NCBI GenBank assembly: GCA_031835245.2
Contig: JAVKOQ020000048.1
Span: 236,066-256,065, forward strand
Source: Balamuthia mandrillaris
Taxonomy: Eukaryota
Length of the DNA stretch: 20,000 bases
Reading direction: 5' to 3'
In this document: positions 1 through 11,599 of the stretch, piece by piece
How the letters are laid out: each line of letters opens with the position of its first letter
How positions within the stretch are numbered: the stretch's first letter is position 1
The notes under the pieces: generated by a model
What the model saw: only the letters and a program-made list of their open reading frames with translations
Told to the model about the DNA's origin: nothing
Database searches by the model: none
Translations under genes and position numbers: made by a program

Positions 1-2055
1 TTTCTGCAGAGTGCCTCGTGTTGTACGAAATTATTTGTCTGCCAATGTCATCAAACATCACAGAGCGGGACTCCAGATTGGTGAAGATGCCTTTTGGTCA
101 CATGAATATGAGTTAGCACAGTTGTTTTTATAGGCAGCCAGCAGAATCACAAAAAAAGTACTGCACGCCACGAGAATGCGAAGACGAAGACGAAGAAGAA
201 GAAGAAGAAGAAGAAGAAGAAGAAGAAGAAGAAGAAGAAGAAGAAGAAGAAGAAGAAGAAGAAGAAGAAGAAGAAGAAGAAGAAGAAGAAGAAGAACAGG
301 AGGAACAAGAACAGAAACAACATACTGGATTTGAGCTGATTTTTTGCTCGCGTGACTTCTTCCTCTTGCAAACGGTGGGCCATCTCGGCTAATTGCAAGC
401 ACATGACTTGAACCATATCTCCGAGGTGGGAATGGTCCGCTTTAGCGTAGATGCCAAACATCCCGGTATCTTCATAAAAGGTATTGAAGGCGCTGGCGGC
501 ATCAACGTAGTGAAATTGGTTGAGGACATTGCGGTAGAGGCGAGAGTACATGCCTTTGCCAGGGCCACCAGGACTGAAAGAGCTTCCACCACCCATTAAT
601 GTTTGCAGCACGCAAGCCCCATAGAGGTCCTCGTCTTGCAAGCTCACGCCCTCAAAGGCTAGAACCACGTGGCTGGGATAGGGCTTGTCCAGTTGAGACA
701 TGGCGTGCAGTTTGTCTTCCACTTCAGGAGTCATGACCTCCAGATGTTCACCTCCCTTGTAGATTGGGTGAGTAGGAGGACTCACCACCGGTGATGATGT
801 AGAGCTTTTTCTCACATCCGCAAAGTGCTTTTCTGCCATCCCCACAAATTGCGCATGTTCCACACCTACTGCAGCAACAACTACACGGGGACCCACATAA
901 AACCGCTCTACGAACTGCAAGAGGTGTTCTCGGGTGATGGCCGAGATGTTGCTTGGAGGTACTAATTGACTCAAGCCTAGGCCTTCCTTGCCGTAGGCTA
1001 GCTCGTGCAGAACCTCCGATATCCATGTATCTGGGTCATATTGTATCTCCTCTAATTTCTGGGCCAACACTTGTCTCTGTTCTTCCATGTCCTCTTCCAA
1101 GAATTGCGGCGACTTGATGTTGTTGGCAAGTATCTCCAACACCTCTGGTAGATGGTCTTGGATAGTATCCACCTGGTAGACCATCAGCTCTCTCATGCTT
1201 GATGAGAAAGCTCCTGTGCCAAGTTCTTCTAAGCGTTGCACTATGTGTTGTGTAGTGTTTGTGGCGGTAGCCTGGGATAAGACCCAACATTCGTTATACA
1301 GAAAGCACGAAACAGCCACCTTGCAATCAACCAAGAAACAAACACAACAATACCTAGATACAAACCTTGTAGGCCATTCGCTGAAGGAAGTCTGTAACAC
1401 CATTGGTAGCAGGGGTTTCATATCTGGATCCAGCATTCACAAAGACGCCGACGGTGCTGACCTGGCCGTAACATTCCTCGCTGGCAACGCGAAGGCCGTT
1501 AGGCATGGTAGTCACCCGTGTAACCGGCCGTTTGAGTGCAGAGAGAGGAAGCGGCTCTGGTGTTCCTGGGAACGGCTCACGCATTGAGACAGTGGGTTGC
1601 CGTTGCGAAGTGAGATTCTTCGACTCTTCTTGCAGCCTCTGTTTTTTTTCCGCCCTTCGCTTGGCAACAGCAGGATCCAAGGGTGGCGCTGCAAAGTATG
1701 TCACTGGGAGGTGCGGTGTTGCTGTCACTGGTTGGCTGTGCGGTTGCCGCAGCTCCTCCCTAAAGGTCATGCTGCCGCGGAACCAACGCCGAGACATGCC
1801 TGTGTCACAGGGGTCATTGTCATTGTAAGATGAGTGAAACGCTGTTTTTCTCTCACTCAACCACTGAAGAAACAAAGCAGTACCTGGAAGGAGGCCCCCC
1901 ACCCCTCCACCGTCGCCACGGGGACTCACCAAGGCAGAGCCGTGTTGGCTGAAGTGCCGCAAGGTCGGGTCCCAAGGAAGAAACCGTGCTCCCAGTAACC
2001 GATGAATGGTTGATGGTCGTGAAAGGTTTTGGCGAAGCCCTCTGATCCCCTCCAT
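1..2055 (-). CDS. PMPCA: Mitochondrial processing peptidase alpha subunit (M16 family, non-catalytic); 3' end lies beyond the window. Exons approx. 2055-1930, 1863-1366, 1271-326, 90-<1
   Basis: TRVTTMPNGLRVASE...VGVFVNAGSRYE; HxxEH replaced by DFLQR; alpha-specific glycine loop GGGSSFSPGGPGKGMYSRLY. GT-AG splicing of 325..91 restores QLKSS-IFTNLESRSVMFDDIGRQI. Arg-rich presequence-like N-terminus. The first intron (1929-1864, in frame) is less certain. Confidence 0.93.
192..296. repeat. (GAA)35 microsatellite in an intron of the MPP-alpha gene
   Basis: Pure GAA run read directly; it explains the spurious poly-F and poly-L ORF translations. Confidence 0.97.
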
Positions 2056-2228
2056 GTTGTTGTTGCTGCTGCTGCTGCTGCTGTTTTTTGTCGTTCTTTT
2101 TCCTTTTGCGATTTCTTCTTCTGTTCTCTCTCTCTCTCCCTCCCTGCCGCTCCCCTCTTAGTGCCAGGAAAAGAGAGGAGCACGAGGGGTAGAAAGGTGC
2201 CCACCCACTTTTTGGGGCAACACCCTTT

Positions 2229-2254
<26 letters not shown>
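2056..2254. repeat. Oppositely oriented triplet repeats in the short divergent intergenic region: (GTT)3(GCT)6 at 2056-2083 and (CAG)8 at 2231-2254
   Basis: Read directly; each tract reads as CAG on the sense strand of the gene it precedes. Confidence 0.85.
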
Positions 2255-2259
<5 letters not shown>

Positions 2260-2293
2260 CAACAGGACAAGAAGGAACAAGTACCACCCAACC

Positions 2294-3664
2294 ATGCTGG
2301 AGAGCGGCGAGCTGGCAACCTCCTCCTCTTCTGGTGGCGAGGTGCCCCAAACCCTGCAGGCCTATAACCGTCTTGTTGATTGCCACTTTTTTGTGGCGGG
2401 GGAACACGGCTGTTCCAAAGGCCAGGAGTGTGAGTTCAGGCACTCACAGGCGGCCAAAGACAACCCCAAAGTTTGCAAGTTCTGGTTGCAGGAGGATTGC
2501 CTCAACCCCGACTGCAAGTTCCGTCATCCTACCCTCCCTCGCCAGGTTTTTTCCTTCCCTTCCTTCTTCTCTTCCTTGGCTTGCTGCCGTGGTGCGCAGA
2601 GCTAACGAACGCTTCACTGGCAAACCACACAGAAAGATGGCAGCAGGACATTTTGCTACTACCAGTCAACAGGGCAGTGCACACGGCGTGCTGTCTGCGC
2701 ATTTTACCATGGGGATGAGCCTCCGGGCAAGCTGGTGTATGCTGCTTTGTTGCAGCCAGAGTCAGTCGAACTGCCAACCCAGCTGCCCTTACAAAGACAA
2801 TCAGCTCGAGGCGCAGCAGCAACACTGACTCCCTTGCCATCCACACAGAGCTCCTCCTCTTCCACGTCAACAACTCCAGCAGCAGAGAGCACGAACAATA
2901 ATCCCTCCAAGAAACGTAAATTTGTAAAGTCGCTAGAAGAGCTCTTACAAGAAAAAGGTGAAGCTCAAACCACTGCCCCCACTTCACCTTCACCGTCCCC
3001 CAAAGAGGATCGGAAGGGGAAGGCCAAAGCTGACACTGAAATAATGACCCAGAGCACTGCCAAAACCGAGGAGTCGCAATCCAACAAAAAGCCTAGACTC
3101 GCACAGCAACAGCGAGAACAAGCGGCTACTGGACAGAATGCTGCCTCCACTTCTGGTGGTGGCCGTAAAGCCGACGGGAGAGTTGCCCGTCGTGCCAAAT
3201 CGCCTGCTACAAATGGCGGCGGTACGCGCCCTTCCTTTGGTGTAAAGTCTTTGAACGAGATACTGAAGGAGAGGGATCAAACCAGCACGCCTTCCTCCGC
3301 TTCCTCTTCCTCTTCTTCATCTCTCCCTTCAAATAACCGGATAGCAGAAGCCTATTCGAAAGCAGATGAGACACGAAAGGGAGTTCCAAGGCCAGCACCC
3401 TCAGATCCAATATCACCTGATACATCAGAGCTCGCATTACCGTCGTCGACATCGAGTGCAGTGGAACGGAAAGGAATTGGTATTAGGGCAGAGCAGCAGC
3501 ACAAGGAAGAGAAAGATGAAAGTGTAGATATTGATGTGGATGTAGACTTGGAAGTGGACGTGGATGGAGTGGAGGTGGACGTGGATGGAGATATTGACGA
3601 CGCAGAGTTGCAAGAGATCCTTGGCGCTGATGTGACATCTAGCGGCGGTGGTGCTGATATGTAA
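2294..3664 (+). CDS. ZC3H11A-like protein with three N-terminal CCCH zinc fingers; exons 2294-2545 and 2633-3664
   Basis: Fingers CHFFVAGEHGCSKGQECEFRH, CKFWLQEDCLNPDCKFRH and, after a GT-AG intron (2546-2632, GCTAAC branch site), CYYQSTGQCTRRAVCAFYH, in frame with ORF 2735-3664. Repeated VKSL(E/N)E(L/I)L motifs resemble those of ZC3H11A. Acidic C-terminus. Confidence 0.8.
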
Positions 3665-4337
3665 CAGTGGCGATAGGACTCTTGCCAGGTTTTTCCAGAA
3701 AAAAAGTTTAAAATTACAGAGATCATCTTGGATGGTTGGTTATAGTCTGAACTTAAATTTTTATGATATATAATAGCCATGTACTACGTCCTTGAGTAAG
3801 TAGGTGAAGCGGCTGGCCAGTGGGCTAGTTGACCAGTTTAACCATGCGAATAATCACGCGGGTACGTGGAATTCTTGAGTTTGGGGAAAGGGGAGATAAA
3901 AAAATTCATTGCCATGAATTTTTGTCGACGAACATCTCCTCGCGAGAGATGAGAAGTTGGACAAGCAAATACCACATTCCACTAACCCCTGTCTCTTAGG
4001 GTAGGTCTTTTTGAAACGCATAGCCTCTGTGCGTTACAACTCTGCTATGAATGACTCCGCCTTGCGTCGTGCTCTCCTTTCGAACGACAACGACATTCTT
4101 CACGGTGGCCTGCTCCCTTGTTTTTGGGGGGGGTTCAAAGATAGAAAGTTGGGCCTGTCCATGGCAGCCTTGCTGACCAATGTCGCCCTTCAGAAGGGGA
4201 CTCCATCCTTGTACTTTCGACAACCATCCCACCAAAAAGTTTACTTAGTACTACTCTAGTGGTGACAATTGTCTTTCTGTTCACTTGAAAGTGTTCCTAC
4301 TAAACACCATAAACACATTGTTCGATGTGGCAGCCTT

Positions 4338-5167
4338 TTACGTCCTTTGCTTCTTCTTAGGGGAGCGGGATTCCTTGTGACGGTCATGGCCGTTATGTGA
4401 TGGTTGTTGAGGATGGTTGCTTTTGCTGACGGCGGCTGTTGTCGGCGCTAAAGAAGGGGAAGAAGGACGGCCCTTCCCTGGCTTTTTGCTGCTATTATTT
4501 TTTGCAAGGGCTTTGCGCTTGGTGGACGCACCGCTTTGTGGCTGATCACCTTGTTCGTTCTGGTCGCTGGGCCGAGTCTTCTCAGTGGAACTGGGTGCAC
4601 GAAGGGAGTGTCGTATGAACCTCTCAGCAGCCTCTTGGTTTAACCGGAGGTTGGGTTTGTAGTCCTCGTTGGTGGACTGGTCAACTGTTAGCCCACTGGC
4701 CAGCCGCTTGACCTTCTGGATGTAGCTCTTCACTCTGTCCTGGTGGAAAGGGGATACCCCCGAGTGTGAAAAAAACAAACACAAGAGGAGGGCAAACAAA
4801 AACAAAAACAAAAAAGAAAAGGGTTTTTGCTGAGCAAATGCCTGCCTCTTACCAATTCAGCTTTGACAGGGTGACCTTGTGGGCTCACCCCCTGAGTTTT
4901 TAAATAGACTGGTTGCAGGAGGTGGTGGTTAGTACGCAAGCGCGGAGCCAACAAAATAAAGGGGGCAGGTGCCCTACCATAGTACAGCGAGTTGAGGGTA
5001 TAGCTGAGCATGACGTGCAGCTTGGCCCTTTCAACTTCGGAGAGACCAGCGTGGACGTCCTCTTGCGTGGCTCTAAGAAACGAACCCACCAATTCCTGCA
5101 ATGTTTGTACAGTTTGCTCCAGCGCCTCAACCGTAGAGTACACTTCCAACGGAACCTCGTCTGCCAT
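4338..5167 (-). CDS. C1D: C1D/Rrp47 nuclear exosome cofactor (Sas10/Utp3/C1D domain); exons 5167-4978, 4908-4853, 4739-4338
   Basis: The spliced product reads ERAKLHVMLSYTLNSLYYVYLKTQGVSPQGHPVKAELDRVKSYIQKV...LRLNQEAAERFIRHSL with a basic tail. Both introns are GT-AG with consistent phases. Confidence 0.88.
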
Positions 5168-5224
5168 TCTGCCGAATATAGCTGCTTTGAGGTGCTTAGT
5201 TTCTTCCTTCGTTTTCTTTTCTCC

Positions 5225-5335
5225 CTGTCGACAATAAATTTACTCACGGGGCGCTTGATCTTTCTTGACAACGGTGCCGGCACCCAAGCAACCTTACCGC
5301 CTACCGCCCCCCGCCCCCTCAGAGAGGAGGAGGAG
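5225..5335 (-). ncRNA. Candidate omegaRNA scaffold/right end of the Fanzor element (tentative)
   Basis: Lies immediately 3' of the nuclease ORF. Pairable segments on the minus strand: CCTCCTC/GAGGGGG, GGGGCG/CGCCCC, GCTTGG/TCAAGC, plus the palindrome GGTGCCGGCACC. Boundaries not determined. Confidence 0.3.
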
Positions 5336-5339
5336 GTGG

Positions 5340-5965
5340 TGGTAAGTGCTTGCAACGTGAAAAAGCGGATCAAGATGTTTCGGGCGGCGTTGGCACTCGA
5401 TCGGCCTATTGGTAGCCACACTCGGGTTGAGGGCACCGAAAGGTCTTGTTTCCCCCCAACCGGTGGTGGACTTGGCCGCACTTGCCGCAGGTCTTGGAGG
5501 TGCATTCCTCATCGCAGAGGCAGACCGTACAGGACGGAAATTGCTTGGCCTTGTTGAGGAGCCTCTGCCTGAAGCGATAGTGAACCAGGTGAGCATGGCT
5601 CTGGCCGTTCGCGAGCCAATGCGGCGGTGGCCTCGCCGCACCATCTGCTGGCTCCTGAACTCTGGCAGAAGGATGAGGGAGAAGTTCCTGACCAACCAAG
5701 ACACAAGCTTCTTGTGGAGGTCCTCCACCAGGTTGCGGATCCTCTGGCGAAGCTGAGCAGCGGCCCTTCGGAGACGGCGCCGTTGCCTGTGGTTGCCCTT
5801 GGTGCCCTTACTCTGCATGCGATCCAGGCGGCGGCACAGCTTGCCTATCTCGTTGATGTCCGCTTTGCCCCACTCGGTGACCTCCCCGCAGCCGTTGTAG
5901 GTGGTCATGAATGTGCGCACTCCTGGATCCAAAGCGATGATGCCTGCCTCTCTCCTTCGGTGCTT
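5340..5965 (-). pseudogene. Fanzor2/IS607-type TnpB RuvC + zinc-ribbon fragment, 5'-truncated and frameshifted
   Basis: RuvC-I GIIALDPGVRTF; ILLPEF with P in place of the canonical E; shifted E in DEECTSKTCGKCG; second Zn pair CPQPEC; RuvC-III ADR[D]ANAARNIL. Lesions: 1-nt deletion at ~5583 (W[S]HYRF), TAG at 5406-5408, 1-nt deletion at ~5395 in the catalytic Asp codon. REC/WED half absent. Confidence 0.9.
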
Positions 5966-6301
5966 AAACTATTGGACTATTTTTTTCTAACCCTTCTTTT
6001 CTTTCTTTACACCATTCAAGGAAGCATCATTCCTACATTTATTTAACTACATTAGGATATGAGTGGCAATCCTCCTCCCCGCCACCTTGCCCTCACAGAC
6101 GTGGGAGAAGGAAGGGTTGTTTTGGCGGGAATCATGCTCATTGGCCCAAAAGACTAATTCGTGGTTTCTTTTTTTTGTGTCCTTAGATCTTATGATCTTG
6201 GCGCCGCCTGGATCCAGCACTTCACTGTCAAGTGTGAGAAGAGAGAAAGACCGAGAAGAAAGAAGCAGAGTACTGGTCCCCCCCCCCCCGTCCGCTGAAA
6301 G

Positions 6302-8759
6302 ATGGAAATCACCAAAGAGAACCTCCAGGCGCAACTTCCGTCCTTGGAAGAGGCGATAGAGCGCTGCGAGTTTTTGAGTTTTGACGGTGAAATGACGGGA
6401 ATCACGCTGGACTACAAAGAGGAACGCCTCCATGCATTGGACACAGTGGAGCAACGATATCAAAAGTTGTGTGCCTCTGCGCAAAACTTCCTCACAATAC
6501 AGTGGGGTCTTTGTGCGTTCATACCAGAGGGGGATGGGTAGGTAACACAGTTAAAAACTGGAACAACAACCAAACGGAGACTAAAGCTAGCTTCTTCCCA
6601 AAAGGTACAAAGCAGAGCCTTTTAACTTTTATCTTTTCCCAAAACCATTTCGCAAGGGAGCGGAGCAATATTTTCTGTCTCAAGTCTCTTCTATTCACTT
6701 TTTAGCCTCAAATGGCTTTGACTTTAACAAGCTGATATACCACGGTAAGCCCCTTGAAGAGACTTATCTTTGTTGCTTCCCAAGGTCACTCAAACAGTAA
6801 TACTTCTTCTTTGTTCCCTTGACAAGGTATCCCTTGGCTAACACGCGAGGAAGAAGAACGACAACGACCAAAACAGGAGCCCACTTCACCATTGCCTCCT
6901 AGTGATATTGTTTTAAACGAGAAAGATAAAGAGTTCCTGAAGCCAATTCATACTATGATAGAGGAATGGTTGCAATCCTCAACAGAGCAAGCTCTCCAGC
7001 TTGCTCCTTGCAACTCCTATCAACGGCGTTTGCTCTACCAAGAAATAGGAAAGCGGTAAAAGAAGTCGTCTATTCTGTTTCAGTTTCTGTTTACAAACCC
7101 GTTCTTCACTTAAAGCTTCGCTGACTTGTTACTACATTTTAATTTTGCCTCTGTCAGCTATAATAACCGTTTGCATGTGGAGGCTCACAGTGTTGAAAAC
7201 ACTCACCTTCGTAGCGTGAGTATCAGTCGCATGACGGAGGAAGAGAAAAGCCAACGGCAAAGGGAACAACTACAGCACTCAATGGTTTGTTTAGCCACAT
7301 GAAATCTATTCCTCTGCCTTAACCGTCATTCTCACAACTTGAAGGATGAGCTAGAGGAAGCAATTGGCTTTCGCAAAGTCTTGGAGATGCTCATCAGGCA
7401 TCACAAACCTCTTGTTGGGTATTTCTTCCTTATTGTTCCCTTCCCCAACGTTTTGTTTCTTGCTTTTGGTTTTTCCTGTATTGAATAGTTTTCTTTGCCA
7501 CTATGGAACAGGCATAATATGCTTCTTGATCTACTTCACCTCTTTTCCTTTATTTATCAACTGCCTTCAACTGTGTTTGATTTCAAGGCGAAGGCTACTG
7601 AGCTCTTTCCTTGGTATGTGCACATTCTACGAAGGGACACTAGGTCGTTTTTTTGTAGTTATTAATTGTTTCTCATGAAATATTTTTGACAGCATTCTGG
7701 ATACTAAGTACCTAGCTACTGCTTCTAACCATTTTAAAGTAAGAAGCACAGCCCCTTAAACCCTTAAATTCTGAAGCCTTCAGAATAATTCAATTTTTGT
7801 AATACATAGGATTTATTGCCTTCCACCTCATTGGAAGATTTATATCGAACCTTCAATAGTCTAGAGTATCAGTCCAAACCGACTGTTGAATTATCGGATA
7901 GGTGTGCTGAATTTAATACCTACAGCATTGACACATCTCGATTCCATGAAGCAGGCTTTGATGCCTTTATCACAGGATTATCTTATATTAGAATGCTGCA
8001 TAAAATAGGTAGACAGTTAATAATCCTTTTTTTTTGGTACTCATTAACATGAATGGATCAATAGCATTGGAAGAGAATTGGCAAAGTCCTTTTACTCCAG
8101 CTTCTGGTAGGGTTTAAGTATTGTCCATATCACTTCAATATTAACTCACCATTTCAATTTATAACATTGCAGGGTTATTAGATCAGTATGTCAACAAATT
8201 ATATTTAATGCGTTCTGATATCCCATATTTTCAGATGAATGGTCTTCAAGGTAACATTATTTTATTTTTCACCAATTTAGCTTTCTTTTCACATCAATCC
8301 ACAGAACCACCAGATAGATCCAATGTTTTTTATGTTTTTGGCTTTGATAGTGCATTACAGACAACAGACATTGTGAGACACTTTGAGGACTTCAGCAGAG
8401 TATTTGTTACCTGGCTGGATAGCACATCCTTATTAGTTGCTTTAGAAGATAAAGAACAAAGCCAGCAGGTTATACCACATTTTCAGACCCTTCCCAGTCC
8501 TCCTTTTCATATTCTTGATTATGACACCTATCAACACATGTTTGCTCAGCATTCTGCTAGCCACTCCTCTTTCATGTCTATAACTAATGAAGTGAAACAG
8601 CATTTAAACTACAAAAGAAAAAGAAACACATTGTCTACAAATGAAAAAACAGAATTTGCACAGCCAATAAGGAAAAAAGTAACTTCAAACATTAATGAAG
8701 AAAAGGAAGAAGGAGAAATTGTTGAAGAACAACAACATAATGATGTTAAAGAAAAATAA
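6302..8759 (+). CDS. PARN: Poly(A)-specific ribonuclease (DEDD/CAF1 nuclease + R3H + RRM), multi-exon; first exons 6302-6537, 6605-6744, 6827-7055
   Basis: Motifs in the expected order across GT-AG introns: MEITKENL...FLSFDGEMTGI, PFNFYLFP, SSIHFLASNGFDFNKLIYHGIPWL, R3H CNSYQRRLLYQEI, GHNMLLDL, DTKYLA, HEAGFDAFITG, RRM PPDRSNVFYVFGF. Confidence 0.93.
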
Positions 8760-11599
8760 ACAAAATACCTTTAATATTCAGTCTCAATACCTATCTTTTT
8801 CTTTCTTCTTTTCTATTTTTTACATCACTTCAAAAGATTGATGGAATATAAAAAATAGTTTTGAATACAACATGGTCTAAACTTATAATATTTTAAAAAA
8901 ATGATTTATAATAATTAAAAAACCTATAAATAAAATAAAAAATAACCCTAATTAACTTTACTTTTTTCTATTACCGTGCACAATCAAGTTTTTCCAAATT
9001 TCTGGGTTTATCCGTATTTTCTCACACAGAACAAGTGGGAAAAAAAGTATTTTGGAAAAACTTGAAAGTGCTGGGTAATATTCCTTAAACTCTATTTTTT
9101 ATTTATTTTATAATATACTACTTTATTATAAGGGAAAAAAAACAAATATATTTTATAATTAATTACTTTTTTTAAGGGAGCATACTTGTTTTTGTCCCAT
9201 AATTCGAGGGTATTTTGTTTTGCCCTCTTTCTGCACAAAAAAAGCATTACATCAAAAAAAAAAAAAAAAACAAAAAACAAAAAACAAAGAACCTCTTCAA
9301 AACAAAAAAGGGTGTTCCTTTTTGGAAATTATTTTTGATAAATAATGAATAAACATTTTTCTATTGAATATAAAACATTTGAAATTAATTTTGTTCATAG
9401 TTATTGACAATCAAATATCTGTAATGGAAATAAAAAAATGAAAAAATTAAGGAAAAAAAAAACAGAAAAAAGAAACTATTATACTTGAGTAGAAATAGTA
9501 AATTCTAGCAAAGTTAAAAAAACGTTTATGAAGCTTGATCTAATAGAAAAACAAAAAAGTGACCAAACCAAAGTGTATTTTAAATGAAAAAAAGAAAACA
9601 ATAAAGAATCTTTAGTGTTGCTTAAAAAACACTTTATAGCTTTATGAAGTTGGTAACAGGTTAGATCAACCAGGTATTATCCCTTTTGATAACATTTGTG
9701 TATACATAACACTGAGTTGGGCCAAAATACCTGTTTTTATAACATTGCCTAGAAAGCAATTTGTAAAACCTTCAAATATAATACTACCAGTGTAGTTCTT
9801 TACAAAAGCAGTTTTTCACTGGGATGTTGGCCAGAATCAGAAGTCCTGGTCTGTGTTGTACTAGCTGATAGGACAAGGACCTGTCCTGAGAGAGCAAAAG
9901 GCCTGAGTCTCCAAGGGCCTTGCTAACAGGAAGGAGAGGGTAGGAAGAGGCTAGTCAAGGCCTTGTTGATAGCTACCAGGAGATAAGCAGTGACTTACAT
10001 TTTTTTTAAGTGCAGTGATCTCCTGGTCATGGACAGGGAAAACTAGTAAATGCCTGAGATGTGGAAAAGAATATGGCAAGAGCACAAAAACGAGAGAAAG
10101 AGAGAGAGAGAGAAAGAAAAAAGAGAAAGAGAAGAGAAGAGAGAATAAGAGAGAAAAGAAAGAGAAAATAACACAAACTATAAAAAGAATGAGGAGTGCT
10201 GGTTCTATCATCAGCGCCATAGCCATGAAGCCACTGATGAATGTCATCAGGAAAAAATAAAGGATTGGCAGGTCGCTACATGCTTCCATTGATAAGTGGG
10301 CCTGTTGGATTTTTGTTGACATAAGCAAAAGAAAAAAACATGCTTCAGTTGTCTGCTGTCCACTGCAAATTTCAAGTTAGTGAGGTGATCTTTTTCTGCA
10401 AGCTATATATGTGCACTTTCGTTTATCTTCAAGCTGCACACATGTGTGCACTTCTAATACTTTTTTTTTTCATCAGTCTGTACATATGTGCTCATGTTGA
10501 TCATTGTCTTTTCCCATCTTTTTGTTTTTCTTCTTTCTTCTAATAAATCATTTTCTTTCAATCTGTACCTACAAAGAGAGATGATTAAGCAACCATTCTA
10601 CACCATTATATAGTCTCTTTTATCACTATCATCAACTATGATGATAGTTTTTCTGTGTAGGTCTTTGCTTGCTTACTGGCCAAGTAGTAGTAGTAATAAG
10701 AAGTTTATTTGCTCTAAGAGCAACACCTGTCTATATAAAAAGTAAGCATTGTACATACATAGTACTGGCCAAGTATTTTTTTGTAATCCTTTCAAAAATT
10801 TTTCTTTATATGGCTGAGATCATGCACCACCTTCACTGAACTAAGCCTTGGATCTTCTTGTTGTTGGGAGATGTTAGAAAGGGAATAGGACCAAGAAAAA
10901 AGACAACAGAGTGATGAGAGCCCAATGTAATTTAATGCATAAAAAGAAAAAAGTGTGTGAGTGTGTGTATATTTGTCCTCTTGTTTTGTGAACTGCAACC
11001 TTAGTGAGGAAAATGAAAGAAGAACCCAATTTATAGTTAGGAAGGGAACCTTAAGAGCCAGAGATTGAGGGTTCGTCAGTAAAATTGCCAATTCTCAATT
11101 TCTGAACTTGAAGAAACTTCACAGGAAATGACCAGGAACAACAAGTTGATCTTTGGTGTCAAAAAGATTAATTAACAGAGTGATATCAGTTGTCAGCAGA
11201 AAAAGATCAAGGAGAAAGAAGGAAGAAGGGAGGAGAAAAGAGTTGATTATGTTGGCAGTTGCCCACAGAGATATAAACCCTGCAAATCAAGAAAGGATGG
11301 CATGTAGGTGACTCTTCCTTTTGTTTATTTTCCCCTTCTCTTTGTTTAAAAGCTCATTCAACACCTTTCACTTGTAAACAAAAAACAATTAGGAAGGCAT
11401 TGAGGATAAGTGAGTAAGAAATTTTCCTCTTTTCTTGCAACATATTCAAAGCACACACTTTGGTTCACCCAAAGATGACTGTAACATGTTTGACAAAGAT
11501 CTGTGTGTTAAGCTTCCTCTCAACATTGCTCAAGATTGCTGAAGGCATCCACAATACACTCCAACACAACCAGCAAGTGCCTCATGGTCCCAGCAGTAC

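Noticed and set aside
58..402. Poly-Leu/poly-Phe membrane-like ORF tails
   Set aside because: Translation of an intronic TTC microsatellite; the true MPP-alpha exon resumes at position 90.
3996..4259. Small ORFs between the CCCH gene and C1D
   Set aside because: No recognisable motifs or convincing splice structure.
4900..6046. Long overlapping ORFs around C1D and the Fanzor relic, including an apparent Fanzor-C1D read-through
   Set aside because: Shadow frames in GC-rich DNA; the frame carrying NAARNIL is not the C1D frame, so no fusion is supported.
9951..10328. Hydrophobic/basic ORFs and a possible gag zinc knuckle (CLRCG)
   Set aside because: Driven by AG-rich low complexity; the CCHC motif is incomplete.
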